A DNA stretch of 64,000 bases from Oligoflexales bacterium. GTDB taxonomy: Bacteria > Bdellovibrionota_B > Oligoflexia > Oligoflexales > Bog-1112. The stretch spans positions 1 through 64,000 of the forward strand of contig JBGCEP010000043.1 of NCBI GenBank assembly GCA_045106415.1, read 5' to 3'. This document shows, in pieces, positions 8,369 to 17,886 of the stretch. The notes beneath the pieces are model-generated. The model made no database searches, had not been told where the DNA came from, and was given only the letters and a program-made list of their open reading frames with translations. A program made the position numbers and the translations under genes. How positions within the stretch are numbered: position 1 is the first letter of the stretch; every line of letters begins with the position of its first letter.

Positions 8369-9681
8369 TCAGAAGACTCTTCAACAGCAATTTCTTCTGA
8401 GGGGTCGATTTTTTGCATCACACGCACCTTTTCAATCCGCCGATTCTCAACAGATAAAACTTCCATCTCAAGGTGGACAGCTTCAACTTGCTGGCCTTTT
8501 TCCGGCATGTCGCCGTACAAAAGAACCAACCAACCTGCAAGAGTATCTATATCTTTACCAGTTTGACCTTCTGCTAAAGTCGCCTCATCAATATGAAAAT
8601 ACTCCCAAAAATCTTCAATATTCATAGATCCGGCAACTTCAAAAATGCCATCAGCCTTCTTGGTAATTTTTTCAGGCTCTGCATCAAATTCATCCTGAAT
8701 ATCACCAACAAACTCTTCTAGAATATCTTCCATTGTGACAACACCAGCGGTTGAACCATACTCATCAATCACAATAGCCATATGATTTTTCATCTTCTTT
8801 AAATCTTTAAATGCTTGCATCGTACTTTTAGACTCAGGAACAAAGATTGTTTCTCTCATCAAATCAGCGGCACAAAGCTTCTGCTTTTTACCAAGATGGG
8901 TCAGAAGGTCTTTAGCCAAAACAAGCCCGCGCATATGATCAATACTTCCTCGATAAACAGGAAATCGTGACATCCCAGTTTGAATCGTCATGGCCAGCAT
9001 ATCTTCAAAAGAAGTTTCAATATCAAATGCTATAATATCAGGGCGTGGAGTCATAATTTGACGCACTCTTGTCTCATCAAATTCAAATGCACCGTCAATA
9101 ATATTCTTTTTTAAATCCCCAATAATTCCTGTTCGGCCACCTTCATGCACAATAAATTCCAACTCTTCTTCTGTCATAAGGGGGGTTGAAGTACTTTTTC
9201 CACCACTTAAAAAGCGAATTGCTGACTCAGCTCCACCAGAAAGCAAACGAATGAGAGGCCACGAAAGGTAATACATGACCACAACAAAAGCTAACGCTCT
9301 TGGCGCCACCATTTCAGCATGTGTTTTAGCAAACGACTTTGGGACGATTTCACCAATAATCAAAACCAAAAGCGTCATCACACCTGTCACAACACCAATT
9401 GCAGCATTTTCAAAATAAACGGAAGCAAGCTGCGTCGCCAAAGCAGATGCTAAAATATTAACAACATTATTAAAAACAAGAATCGTTGTCAGAATTACTC
9501 CAGGCTCACTCACCCATAAACGAAGATGCCTATAAGCCTTTGGGTCAGACTCCAACATATGTTTAGCTTTAAGGTGCCCAAGAGAAGTAATTGCTGTTTC
9601 AGAAGCAGAAAAAAATGCTGAAAAACATAAACAAGCTGCTATAGAAAATAAAGGAACAGAAATATCACCATTCGCTGTCAT
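8365..9681 (-). CDS. CNNM/HlyC-CorC family transporter (DUF21-CBS-CorC)
   Basis: FFSASETAI, GEIVPKS, IMTPR, SRFPVY, DEYGSTAGVVTMEDILEEFVGDIQDE; ATGA overlap with ybeY. Confidence 0.9.
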   Translation of the reverse strand: MTANGDISVPLFSIAACLCFSAFFSASETAITSLGHLKAKHMLESDPKAYRHLRLWVSEPGVILTTILVFNNVVNILASALATQLASVYFENAAIGVVTGVMTLLVLIIGEIVPKSFAKTHAEMVAPRALAFVVVMYYLSWPLIRLLSGGAESAIRFLSGGKSTSTPLMTEEELEFIVHEGGRTGIIGDLKKNIIDGAFEFDETRVRQIMTPRPDIIAFDIETSFEDMLAMTIQTGMSRFPVYRGSIDHMRGLVLAKDLLTHLGKKQKLCAADLMRETIFVPESKSTMQAFKDLKKMKNHMAIVIDEYGSTAGVVTMEDILEEFVGDIQDEFDAEPEKITKKADGIFEVAGSMNIEDFWEYFHIDEATLAEGQTGKDIDTLAGWLVLLYGDMPEKGQQVEAVHLEMEVLSVENRRIEKVRVMQKIDPSEEIAVEESSD

Positions 9682-10211
9682 GACATACCCTTTGGTGCAG
9701 GGCTTCTCACACAACCAGGCCACACTTCATCTAAAACACCCATTATTTTTTTCTGTTGTTCAATCATAAGAGCTTCCTCCCCCGCCTCCTCGTGGTCATG
9801 ACCACACAAGTGTAAGACACCGTGAACGATCAGAAAAGCAACCTCCTGATCCAGGCCCTGACCAATATGTTCAGCATTTCGTTGTGCATCATCCAGCGAT
9901 ATCACAACATCACCCAAAGGCTCAGGTACCACACCTGGGTGATCAAATTCTACTGCTGACGGCGAATCCTCAAATAACAGAGGATTATCCCAATGGTACT
10001 GAGGAAAAGACAGTACGTCAGTTGACTTCATCAGGCCTCGATGCTCTGTATTAATAACCTGCATATGCTCAGAGGTTACAAAAGTAACATCCAATAAATA
10101 TTGCGCAACCCCTAAGTGGGCACACACCTTAGATGCGATCAGCCGTATTTGATCCTCTTGGATCACACAACGATCTTGTTCGTCAGTAATATAAATTTTA
10201 TTGTCGCTCAA
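9678..10211 (-). CDS. ybeY: rRNA maturation endoribonuclease YbeY
   Basis: STDVLSFP, LGDVVIS, HGVLHLCGHDH. Confidence 0.95.
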   Translation of the reverse strand: MSDNKIYITDEQDRCVIQEDQIRLIASKVCAHLGVAQYLLDVTFVTSEHMQVINTEHRGLMKSTDVLSFPQYHWDNPLLFEDSPSAVEFDHPGVVPEPLGDVVISLDDAQRNAEHIGQGLDQEVAFLIVHGVLHLCGHDHEEAGEEALMIEQQKKIMGVLDEVWPGCVRSPAPKGMS

Positions 10212-10537
10212 CTCTTTGGCTTTCTTTTCTCTTCTTGCTCAACTTGCGCGTCACTAGGAAACTGACGAACTTCAGCAACTTCCATCTGTTTTTTAACTGG
10301 GGTGTAGTCAGACACTTCTGAGCGCAAGTCTTCTAAAGAGGAAATTCGTGGTGCCCGTTGTTTTTGTGACAACAGCCAACGAGAAGCACTATTAAGAAGG
10401 TCCTCAGGGGTCATTTTCTCGCTCTGAGTCGAGTTTTCAGAACTTATTTTCGTCACATTCTGTATTTTCAAAACACCCTCGAAATACTCTCTTGCTCGAA
10501 GTATACCATATTTCAACTTACCGGTGGAATCCACCAA
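10208..10537 (-). CDS. Hypothetical protein
   Basis: Overlaps both trmB and ybeY, consistent with translational coupling. Confidence 0.6.
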   Translation of the reverse strand: MVDSTGKLKYGILRAREYFEGVLKIQNVTKISSENSTQSEKMTPEDLLNSASRWLLSQKQRAPRISSLEDLRSEVSDYTPVKKQMEVAEVRQFPSDAQVEQEEKRKPKS

Positions 10538-11199
10538 TGATTATAAATAGGTAAACCTTTCCCTCTAAATTTTCTTTCAAAGCTTGAAGAGTAATCCTCA
10601 TCGTAAGGGCTCACTGACTCTTGGCGCCTAAAACCGTGGCTCTCTAATATTTGAGCTGTATGCTGCGAATAATCACCGCAGTCGGTTTTGAACCAAAAGT
10701 ATCCTCCACAATTGAGCGCACGCTTGATCGCAACACACAAGTCATCTTGAAACAATCTCTTGTGTGTATAGCCTTTTTTATGAGTCCAAGGATCAGGAAA
10801 AAACATAATAACACCGTCTAGCTCATCTGGAGCAAATACTTGATCTAAAAATCGAGCATCTGCGAGTACAGCAGCAGCTTTTTGACCAAGGCCCTCTTCC
10901 TGCAGCCTCTTAGCTGTCGTCATCACGCGCTTAAAAGTAATGTCCATCCCAACACAACCTAAGCCTGCCTGCGTACGCGCCAACTCAAGTAAAGTGGCTC
11001 CTTTATGTACACCAATTTCAAGCATGAGTGTCTCACTACTTAAACGCCTTTTCCAGCACCCTGTATACTCTTTAAGCTCTTGACCAAACACCGCTGGAAC
11101 AGATGCGTCTTTACGGGCCTCATAAAGCTCTTTCGCATAAGGGTTGATATCAAAACTAAGCCCTTCAGGAAGATCCTCAAAAGGATTTTTTTGGTACAT
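10513..11199 (-). CDS. trmB: tRNA (guanine-N7)-methyltransferase
   Basis: LEIGVHKG, FFPDPW.KK..HKRL, FKTD, SSFERKF. Confidence 0.9.
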   Translation of the reverse strand: MYQKNPFEDLPEGLSFDINPYAKELYEARKDASVPAVFGQELKEYTGCWKRRLSSETLMLEIGVHKGATLLELARTQAGLGCVGMDITFKRVMTTAKRLQEEGLGQKAAAVLADARFLDQVFAPDELDGVIMFFPDPWTHKKGYTHKRLFQDDLCVAIKRALNCGGYFWFKTDCGDYSQHTAQILESHGFRRQESVSPYDEDYSSSFERKFRGKGLPIYNHWWIPPVS

Positions 11200-11226
11200 A
11201 ATTTGGACCTTTAAAAGTAAAGAAAG

Positions 11227-11587
11227 GGTTAGGTTCAGTAGTAAGCCGGATTCTGTCCCTCACAAAGAGGTGATTGTCATTTATCTAGGACTGTTGTTGC
11301 CAACAGCCTCATGCGACTGACCCGAGAGGCGCTAGGCAACGTCGAGCTTACGCTCTCCTCTCTGTTTAGTCTTGCTTCAGATAGGGTTTACCAAGCCTGA
11401 ATGTCACCATCCAGCTGGTGAGCTCTTACCTCACCGTTTCACCATTGCCGCCAAAAAATGGGTAGGCTGTCTACTCTCTGCTGCACTTTCCGTCGGATTA
11501 CTCCGCCTGGCCGTTAACCAGTATCTCGCCTTATGAAGTCCGGACTTTCCTCAACAATAAAGTTGCGACAATCCTCCGAACCTAACC
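11227..11587 (-). ncRNA. rnpB: RNase P RNA, type A
   Basis: GAGGAAAGTCCGGAC near the 5' end, ACAGAATCCGGCTTA near the 3' end, GGAAAGTGCAGCAGA, GGTAAACCC; terminal P1 GGTTAGGTTC/GAACCTAACC. Confidence 0.97.
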
Positions 11588-11751
11588 GCATAAAGCTTTA
11601 CAGCTTTTTTTTCACCCAATCAATGATTATCTTTCAAAACCCACAACCATTTATTTATAAACATATTTTTTTAATCATTTCATAATTTCACATGTAACCT
11701 GAACTTTTTAACCTCACTTGATTAAAAAAAAAGATATCCGATAAAGGGTAT

Positions 11752-13203
11752 ATGGAATCTATCAGACAAAAAACAATACTCTTACTGTCTTTGCTTTGTA
11801 TAACATTCTGCGCAAAGCCAGGCGCTGACGAAGCTGGAATCACGAACTTAGGTTCACAACAAGATATTACCGGCTCGATTAGAAGCGAAACAGGAGCTCA
11901 ATCTGATATGGTAGGGTGGAACATTGTTCTCTTCGACCAAAAAGGACTTATCGCCAGAATAGCAGAGGTGAATAGCGCAGGCATCTACACCCTTCCACAA
12001 GTTTACACATCTCAAATCTACACTCTGGCTCTTCTCTCTCCGACTTTTGTTCACCAAGCTGTTTTGTCTCAAATTTCGCAAACAGAAAGTCAGATTCATC
12101 AATATTTCACCATGAATTCAAACGTACTACCCACGTTAATCCATAAAGGCCCCATCATATCTTTCCAAGATAGCCGTGAGGTCGATTTCACAAAAGAGTG
12201 GGCATGGGCTGACGCCTCTGGAGTTCCCACTCCGTTACCTGCGCCAACAGCATTTCAACTTAGTGAAGGGGAGGTGAGCACAGTTGACGCCCCTGACAGT
12301 GACGGCATTCTAAACCATGAAGACAGCGACATTGACAACGATGGATATATCAACGTCATTGACCTCAACGATGACGGCGACGAGTTCCCAGACCTTATTG
12401 ATCAAGACGCCAACGGAGACACAATCACTGATATCAATCAACTTGTTTCAGATCTCCACTACCAAAAAGGTATCCAGTGGCTTGTCGTCAAATATGAAAA
12501 AATTCCGATCCCGGAAACAGAAACATTCACAACAACGTTAACCTTCTTAACCCTTCTAAGAACTCCACTTGAAACAACCCCTCGATCCATAAGCATCCGA
12601 GGTGCGAGTTCGCTTTTCAACGGAGCAACCGCAAGCTCTATTAACCCAGACACAGGAGAAGTTACAAGCGTCCCATGGGACGGTTTGTTGCTTGATGACG
12701 GAAACAATGAAGATGGAGCTGCAGAAGACCTTCTTTACGGAAGAAAAATTCAAATAACAACTCAGCCTGTCGCAAGACAGATGGTTTTTGTAGAACTAGG
12801 ATACGGCACAGACGAAGCGCCATGGGCTGATGCCTATGGTTATTCATTTCCAAACATAACACCGGGGAGCTTAGCACCATCGTACGACAGACTGTCAAAC
12901 ACAGTCACACTAACACAAGGAGACATTACAGATGTTTTCGGCAGCAGCGTTTCTGAATTTAGGTGGACATTATCAATTTATCTCGTTGATCTTGATGATC
13001 CAACAAAACACACTAAAGTTTTCACTTCTGGTCCGATTGCTTCTTCATCAACAACATGGAGCTTAGGCGAACAAGCTGACAGTATTTTAGAGGATGGGCA
13101 AACATATAAATACAAAGTCTCAGCTCAAGTTCTTGATCGGATACCAGGACACCCAGCATATCTCATCGAAAGCTTATTACTTGATATCCCGTCCCCTCTA
13201 TAA
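11752..13203 (+). CDS. Secreted/lipoprotein with thrombospondin type-3-like Ca-binding DxDxDG repeats
   Basis: N-terminal signal with Cys; DSDGILNHEDSDIDNDGYINVIDLNDDGDEFPDLIDQDANGD; LLDDGNNEDGAAEDLLY. Confidence 0.65.
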   Translation: MESIRQKTILLLSLLCITFCAKPGADEAGITNLGSQQDITGSIRSETGAQSDMVGWNIVLFDQKGLIARIAEVNSAGIYTLPQVYTSQIYTLALLSPTFVHQAVLSQISQTESQIHQYFTMNSNVLPTLIHKGPIISFQDSREVDFTKEWAWADASGVPTPLPAPTAFQLSEGEVSTVDAPDSDGILNHEDSDIDNDGYINVIDLNDDGDEFPDLIDQDANGDTITDINQLVSDLHYQKGIQWLVVKYEKIPIPETETFTTTLTFLTLLRTPLETTPRSISIRGASSLFNGATASSINPDTGEVTSVPWDGLLLDDGNNEDGAAEDLLYGRKIQITTQPVARQMVFVELGYGTDEAPWADAYGYSFPNITPGSLAPSYDRLSNTVTLTQGDITDVFGSSVSEFRWTLSIYLVDLDDPTKHTKVFTSGPIASSSTTWSLGEQADSILEDGQTYKYKVSAQVLDRIPGHPAYLIESLLLDIPSPL

Positions 13204-13210
13204 GGAGGGT

Positions 13211-13366
13211 CTAAGTATCAAGCCATCCACATTTATCCATCACAAACCCTAACGTCCAAGCCCCAATCAAAAAAGGTGCAACAAGACCAACAAACGGCGC
13301 GACAACGAGAAACGACATCAATTCCGGAGTCGACTCTACCTTAAAATCTTCTTCATTCCAGAGCAT
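13211..13366 (-). CDS. Small membrane protein (51 aa, below ORF-track cutoff)
   Basis: MLWNEEDFKVESTPELMSFLVVAPFVGLVAPFLIGAWTLGFVMDKCGWLDT; follows ccmG on the same strand; alternative ATG at 13378. Confidence 0.55.
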   Translation of the reverse strand: MLWNEEDFKVESTPELMSFLVVAPFVGLVAPFLIGAWTLGFVMDKCGWLDT

Positions 13367-13399
13367 AAAACCACCCATTCAAACTTCTTATAATCAGAC

Positions 13400-13951
13400 T
13401 TAAATCTCTTTTATCTTCTTCCAATAAGACTGTAGCATGCTTGATGAAATCGGCCCAGATTCTTTATGCCTCACCACCCCTTGACTATCAATAAAAAGAG
13501 TTTCTGGCACACCTGTGACGCCATAATTAAGGCTTGCATCCCCTGAAACATCTAAACCTAAAGGGTAAGTTTTCCCAAATCTTTGAGCAAAATGCCTTGC
13601 TGTTTCCGCATCATCATGAACAGCTATTCCAAGAATATGCATCTCATCTCTATGCTGAGACCAAAACTCTTCTAAGATATGAGACTCCTCCCTGCAACTC
13701 ATGCACCAACTTGCCCAAAAATTCAAAATCAAAGGTCGGCCTTTTAAATCCTCTAGCGAAACATGATCTTTATCTGAGAAATAGCTTTGCTGAATTAAAG
13801 GCACGTCAAAGTCCATAGCCTGCCTTCCCACCAAAGGGCTGACAATTGCATTCGGGTTTAAACTCAACCCTTTCGCCAAAAAGCCAATAATCACAAAAGC
13901 AACAGCTAAAAAACTCGACGTGGTTATGACATGGCGGTACCTTGATTTCAT
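13400..13951 (-). CDS. ccmG: CcmG/DsbE-like thiol:disulfide oxidoreductase
   Basis: N-terminal TM, LNFWASWCMSC, YGVTGVPETLFID; ccm context. Confidence 0.8.
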   Translation of the reverse strand: MKSRYRHVITTSSFLAVAFVIIGFLAKGLSLNPNAIVSPLVGRQAMDFDVPLIQQSYFSDKDHVSLEDLKGRPLILNFWASWCMSCREESHILEEFWSQHRDEMHILGIAVHDDAETARHFAQRFGKTYPLGLDVSGDASLNYGVTGVPETLFIDSQGVVRHKESGPISSSMLQSYWKKIKEI

Positions 13952-13959
13952 GAGTATTC

Positions 13960-14403
13960 CTATTTAAACAAAGATTTTTTTAAAAGCTCATGATCCAGAG
14001 AGTGCTCTGCATCAGGTTTTTGATATTCCTCAGAGTGCTTAACAAACAAAAGCTTTGACGTCATCTGCCGCCCACTCGGATCTAAGCGTCCTTCAACCAC
14101 AACACCTTGCCCTTCTTTAAACATATCCGGCGGTGTTCCTTTATGCCTCACTTGAATATCTGAACCCTCAAAATCAGTCACGACAAACGCAAGGGTTAAA
14201 TCTTCAGGCTTCCAGTCTACACTGCCCGCTTTCACCATCCCGCCTAAACGGATGTCTTGGTCTTGCACTTTCTGCGCATTCGCTATGGCTTCATGAGGCA
14301 GGTAATAATAAACAGCATAATCTCCCAACGTCAACAAAGACATCGCTGCAACTGCGCAGCCAATTACAATAATTCCAGCAATCCATTTATGTCGACTCTT
14401 CAT
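13960..14403 (-). CDS. ccmE: Heme chaperone CcmE
   Basis: IRLGGMV..GS, PDMFKEGQGVVVEG, heme motif KHSEEY. Confidence 0.95.
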   Translation of the reverse strand: MKSRHKWIAGIIVIGCAVAAMSLLTLGDYAVYYYLPHEAIANAQKVQDQDIRLGGMVKAGSVDWKPEDLTLAFVVTDFEGSDIQVRHKGTPPDMFKEGQGVVVEGRLDPSGRQMTSKLLFVKHSEEYQKPDAEHSLDHELLKKSLFK

Positions 14404-14534
14404 ACACCACTCCCTTTCAACACACTTTGTTTTTGCCGTAATTTTCTACGAACCATGACACCTTGAGCAGCCAATCCAAAAAGACCTATTCCACCCACAG
14501 AATATGCAAAAAAAATATAAAAACCCGACGACAT
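14400..14534 (-). CDS. ccmD: Heme exporter protein CcmD (44 aa, not in ORF track)
   Basis: MSSGFYIFFAYSVGGIGLFGLAAQGVMVRRKLRQKQSVLKGSGV: one TM with YxxxAY then a basic tail. TAATG overlap with ccmC and ATGA overlap with ccmE. Confidence 0.85.
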   Translation of the reverse strand: MSSGFYIFFAYSVGGIGLFGLAAQGVMVRRKLRQKQSVLKGSGV

Positions 14535-15226
14535 TACGACTCCTCTAATTGGGATAAAATATCATGCTCAAGATCTCTTTGAATCAAATGATTTGTTGCT
14601 CTCAACCAAATCAACCAAGCACCCACAAGAACCATCCACAGCAGGCTTGGGTATAACAATTGAAGCATTTCCGAAGACATCGTCGAGCCTCCAGACCTCA
14701 TCAAACTTGGTGGTTGATGCAATGTTCTCCACCATGTCACACTTTTATAAATAATAGGAACATCTATAAAGATCAGTATACCTAAGACTGCACATGCTTT
14801 ATGCCTCATCTTTTCTTGAGGCAAAGAATTCCACAACAAAATATAGCCACAGTAGAGCAGCGCTAATATCAATGTTGTTGTAAGACGAGCATCCCAAGTC
14901 CACCAAGTCCCCCATGTTGGGTAACCCCATATCGACCCTGTCGCTAAAGTCAACACTGTTAGCAACAACCCAACTTCCGCGTTTGCTTTTCCATAAAACA
15001 AAAGAGAACCATCAGGCTTTATCAAACTTTTCAAACTTACCAAAAAAAGTGTGAAAGAAAATAAAAATGCCGTTAAAGCACAAGGCACATGTAAATAGAG
15101 AATCCTATAAACATCTCCTTGATGCTTATCTGTCGTGACACCAAAAATCGCATAACACCAAAGTCCTATAAGAACAGACATCAAAAAAAGACCGACACCG
15201 AACTGCTTTCGATCGACAGCTTGCAT
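14534..15226 (-). CDS. ccmC: Heme exporter CcmC
   Basis: YRILYLHVP, WWD motif TGSIWGYPTWGTWWTWDARLT, SVTWWRTLHQ. Confidence 0.95.
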   Translation of the reverse strand: MQAVDRKQFGVGLFLMSVLIGLWCYAIFGVTTDKHQGDVYRILYLHVPCALTAFLFSFTLFLVSLKSLIKPDGSLLFYGKANAEVGLLLTVLTLATGSIWGYPTWGTWWTWDARLTTTLILALLYCGYILLWNSLPQEKMRHKACAVLGILIFIDVPIIYKSVTWWRTLHQPPSLMRSGGSTMSSEMLQLLYPSLLWMVLVGAWLIWLRATNHLIQRDLEHDILSQLEES

Positions 15227-15236
15227 TTTTACTCCA

Positions 15237-15905
15237 CTATGATGGCCCAATAAACTCTTCAAACAACAAAACACCAAGGGTAAAATATATCACATTAAAA
15301 CCTGCTACTAGCCCTATCCATGAAGACACATCACTTGTCCCTAAAACCTTCGTCCCAGCTAATCCTGCTAACAAAACAGGAATAGATAAAGGAAAAAACA
15401 GAAGCGGGAATAAAATTTCTCTGCCGTCTGCATGAAACGTCAACATCGCCAACAAAGTTCCCAGGCAAGAAAGTCCAGTACAGACTAGTAACAACAAGGC
15501 CCAAAAATCAAAAGACAAAAAAACCCAAACAAGGTTCGAATGAAGCACAAACCCCATAAGAACAACAGGAACAGCAACCGATAAACTCAAAACAAACGCT
15601 AAAGTACACCGAGAGCAGAACCAAACCCCACTAGGAAGAGGAGTCAATCGCAGCGCATCAAAAATACGATCTTCCTTCTCAGGTTCAACACTTCTATAGA
15701 GAGCCATTTGTGTTGCGAATAACAATGTTAAAAAAATCTGAGACGAAAATATTTCCAATACATTTTTATCCGCGTATCCCCCTTGGGCAAATGAAAAGAG
15801 CAATAAAACTGTTATAGAAAAAAGAATAGGAGACACCCATCTTTCTTTATCACAAAACAGTAATTTCAACTGATGAAGCGTGACTTCACAATAAAGATTA
15901 AGCAT
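15237..15905 (-). CDS. ccmB: Heme exporter CcmB
   Basis: Six-TM pattern, EKEDRIFDAL, LFPLLFFPLSIPVLL. Confidence 0.9.
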   Translation of the reverse strand: MLNLYCEVTLHQLKLLFCDKERWVSPILFSITVLLLFSFAQGGYADKNVLEIFSSQIFLTLLFATQMALYRSVEPEKEDRIFDALRLTPLPSGVWFCSRCTLAFVLSLSVAVPVVLMGFVLHSNLVWVFLSFDFWALLLLVCTGLSCLGTLLAMLTFHADGREILFPLLFFPLSIPVLLAGLAGTKVLGTSDVSSWIGLVAGFNVIYFTLGVLLFEEFIGPS

Positions 15906-16542
15906 GCTTCCATCTCTTTAATTCAACAGTTTCAACAGATAAATTCTTAAGTCCTTGAAGATCATGACTCACAAATAAAACAGCACCTTGATTTTCCACG
16001 TGTTTTGCAACCATAACGCTAAAATCTTTTACACCTTGTTCATCAAGCCCGTATAAAGGTTCATCTAAAATCCACAAATCTGTACTTAATAAAGAAAGCT
16101 TTGCAAATGCCAACCTTCTTTTCATCCCTGTTGAAAAGTAGGCGACAGGAAGTTCTGTTTGAACCAATTTTTGTCGAAAACCCCATTTTTTCAACGCTTC
16201 TTCGATCTGACACTGTGAGACTTCTACACGAGAAAACTTTGACCAGAACAAAAGATTTTCCATCGCGGTAAGCTTTTGAAATAAACCATTTGCTTCAGCT
16301 GGTAAATACTGCAACGATGATTTGGGGATAGGCTCGATCTCTTGCGATTGTCTTTGCTCTTGCCAGAACACTCGCCCAGAGCCAGGAGCTCTCAACCCTG
16401 CACAAATAGAGAGAAGCGTTGATTTACCACACCCATTGGGGCCCTCTATACGCATCATAGACCCAAGAGGAAGCTGAAACTGAACGTGTGAGAAAATAGG
16501 CCGCTGCCGATAAGAAAAACTTAAGTCTTGCACGACCAGCAT
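15898..16542 (-). CDS. ccmA: Heme ABC exporter ATPase CcmA
   Basis: GPNGCGKST, FSTGMKRR, LWILDEP. Confidence 0.92.
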   Translation of the reverse strand: MLVVQDLSFSYRQRPIFSHVQFQLPLGSMMRIEGPNGCGKSTLLSICAGLRAPGSGRVFWQEQRQSQEIEPIPKSSLQYLPAEANGLFQKLTAMENLLFWSKFSRVEVSQCQIEEALKKWGFRQKLVQTELPVAYFSTGMKRRLAFAKLSLLSTDLWILDEPLYGLDEQGVKDFSVMVAKHVENQGAVLFVSHDLQGLKNLSVETVELKRWKHA

Positions 16543-16613
16543 AATACATGTTCCTCTTTTTTATCAGCAATGACTTTATCATGTACTCACGAATATCCAG
16601 GGTCAACGATTTT

Positions 16614-17837
16614 CTAATTATCTAAAACATTAACGGACAGCACAGCTAGGTAGCGGCGTTCTGGCACAACTCTATTGTCAACCCCTAGGTCAACAGCCTG
16701 AGTAGCAACTTCTAATTGAACCAGCCCGAAGTTCAGGCCTACTCCCGCAGACGGCCCCACCGCACTCGCTCCCAAACGCAAACCAAACAAAGCCTCACTC
16801 CCAAAGCCACCAAGGTTCAACTCCATTGCGACTCGATATTTCTTCTCCAGTGAGATTTCCCTATTTGATAAGTTTTGCGCTTCAATAAGAAAATTAAAAG
16901 CTCCTCTTTTTCCTATACGAGGCGAAACAGAAAAACCAACAGTCACATCTTGCTGAATTTTCAATTGCTCTCTCAACGCAATTTCTTCCTCTGTTTCAGG
17001 AAGAGCCCCCTCAGCACCCAAAAGATAAGAGCTATCATAGTCTCTCACAACGACAGCAAGAGCTGGACGTCCTTTTTTTGCTAAAATCCACAACATACCA
17101 AAATTTGTAAGCTGTTTTGACTGTGTCGTTGATTTCTCTTTTAGAGTCTGCGTTCTATCCCCCACATTCACCACATCTAAGTACTCAAAGTCACCTTTAA
17201 ATTCTCTGCGAGACACCATCGAATGATACATTCCTAAATAAATCATTTCTTTTTTGTCTGTCACACTAAATCCAAAACCACCACCTGATGAGGATCTATA
17301 ATTTGCTCGAACCGAGCCTGAATCAACCTCTTCAGAGCTTTTAAACGCCGAGAGCTGAAGGTCATTGTGAAGCATCATCAAGGTTCTTCCATAACCAAAT
17401 GTAAACAAAGAGGAGGATCGACCGTATTGTCTTTTTCCAGCATTTGCATCAACAATTGCGTTCCCGACACCTCTATCTTCAGCACCTCCTAAATTTTGAA
17501 AATCCTGCTGGAGCTGCCTAGTATTCACGTTCACACCTCCCCCCACGTAAGGGAAATGCACTTGCCGTACTTTAGGAGGCCTTTGCCTCCCCCAGTGAAT
17601 TCCTCCAATACCCGCAGGGTTGTAATAAGGGGCATGCACTCCATCAGCAAGAGTAGACATAGCACCACCTAGACCCGCGGCCCTTACTGAAACAAAAGGA
17701 GCGGGATCTAAATAAGTTTGTACTCTTGCCGGGTCTTCAGCTCCCTCCACAGCAGTTGTTCCCTGCCCCAAAAGGGGTGAGCTCAATAAAACACCTAAAA
17801 AAACACGAATAATCAAAAAAATTCTAAACAAACCCAC
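16614..17837 (-). CDS. Outer-membrane beta-barrel (TraF/PorV/FadL-like N-terminal hatch motif)
   Basis: Signal peptide; SVRAAGLGGA.S.LADG..A.YYNPAGI; alternating beta-strand pattern. Confidence 0.7.
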   Translation of the reverse strand: MGLFRIFLIIRVFLGVLLSSPLLGQGTTAVEGAEDPARVQTYLDPAPFVSVRAAGLGGAMSTLADGVHAPYYNPAGIGGIHWGRQRPPKVRQVHFPYVGGGVNVNTRQLQQDFQNLGGAEDRGVGNAIVDANAGKRQYGRSSSLFTFGYGRTLMMLHNDLQLSAFKSSEEVDSGSVRANYRSSSGGGFGFSVTDKKEMIYLGMYHSMVSRREFKGDFEYLDVVNVGDRTQTLKEKSTTQSKQLTNFGMLWILAKKGRPALAVVVRDYDSSYLLGAEGALPETEEEIALREQLKIQQDVTVGFSVSPRIGKRGAFNFLIEAQNLSNREISLEKKYRVAMELNLGGFGSEALFGLRLGASAVGPSAGVGLNFGLVQLEVATQAVDLGVDNRVVPERRYLAVLSVNVLDN

Positions 17838-17886
17838 ATCCGCCTCACTATCATAAGCCTTACAGATCGTATCGGACTATTTCTTT

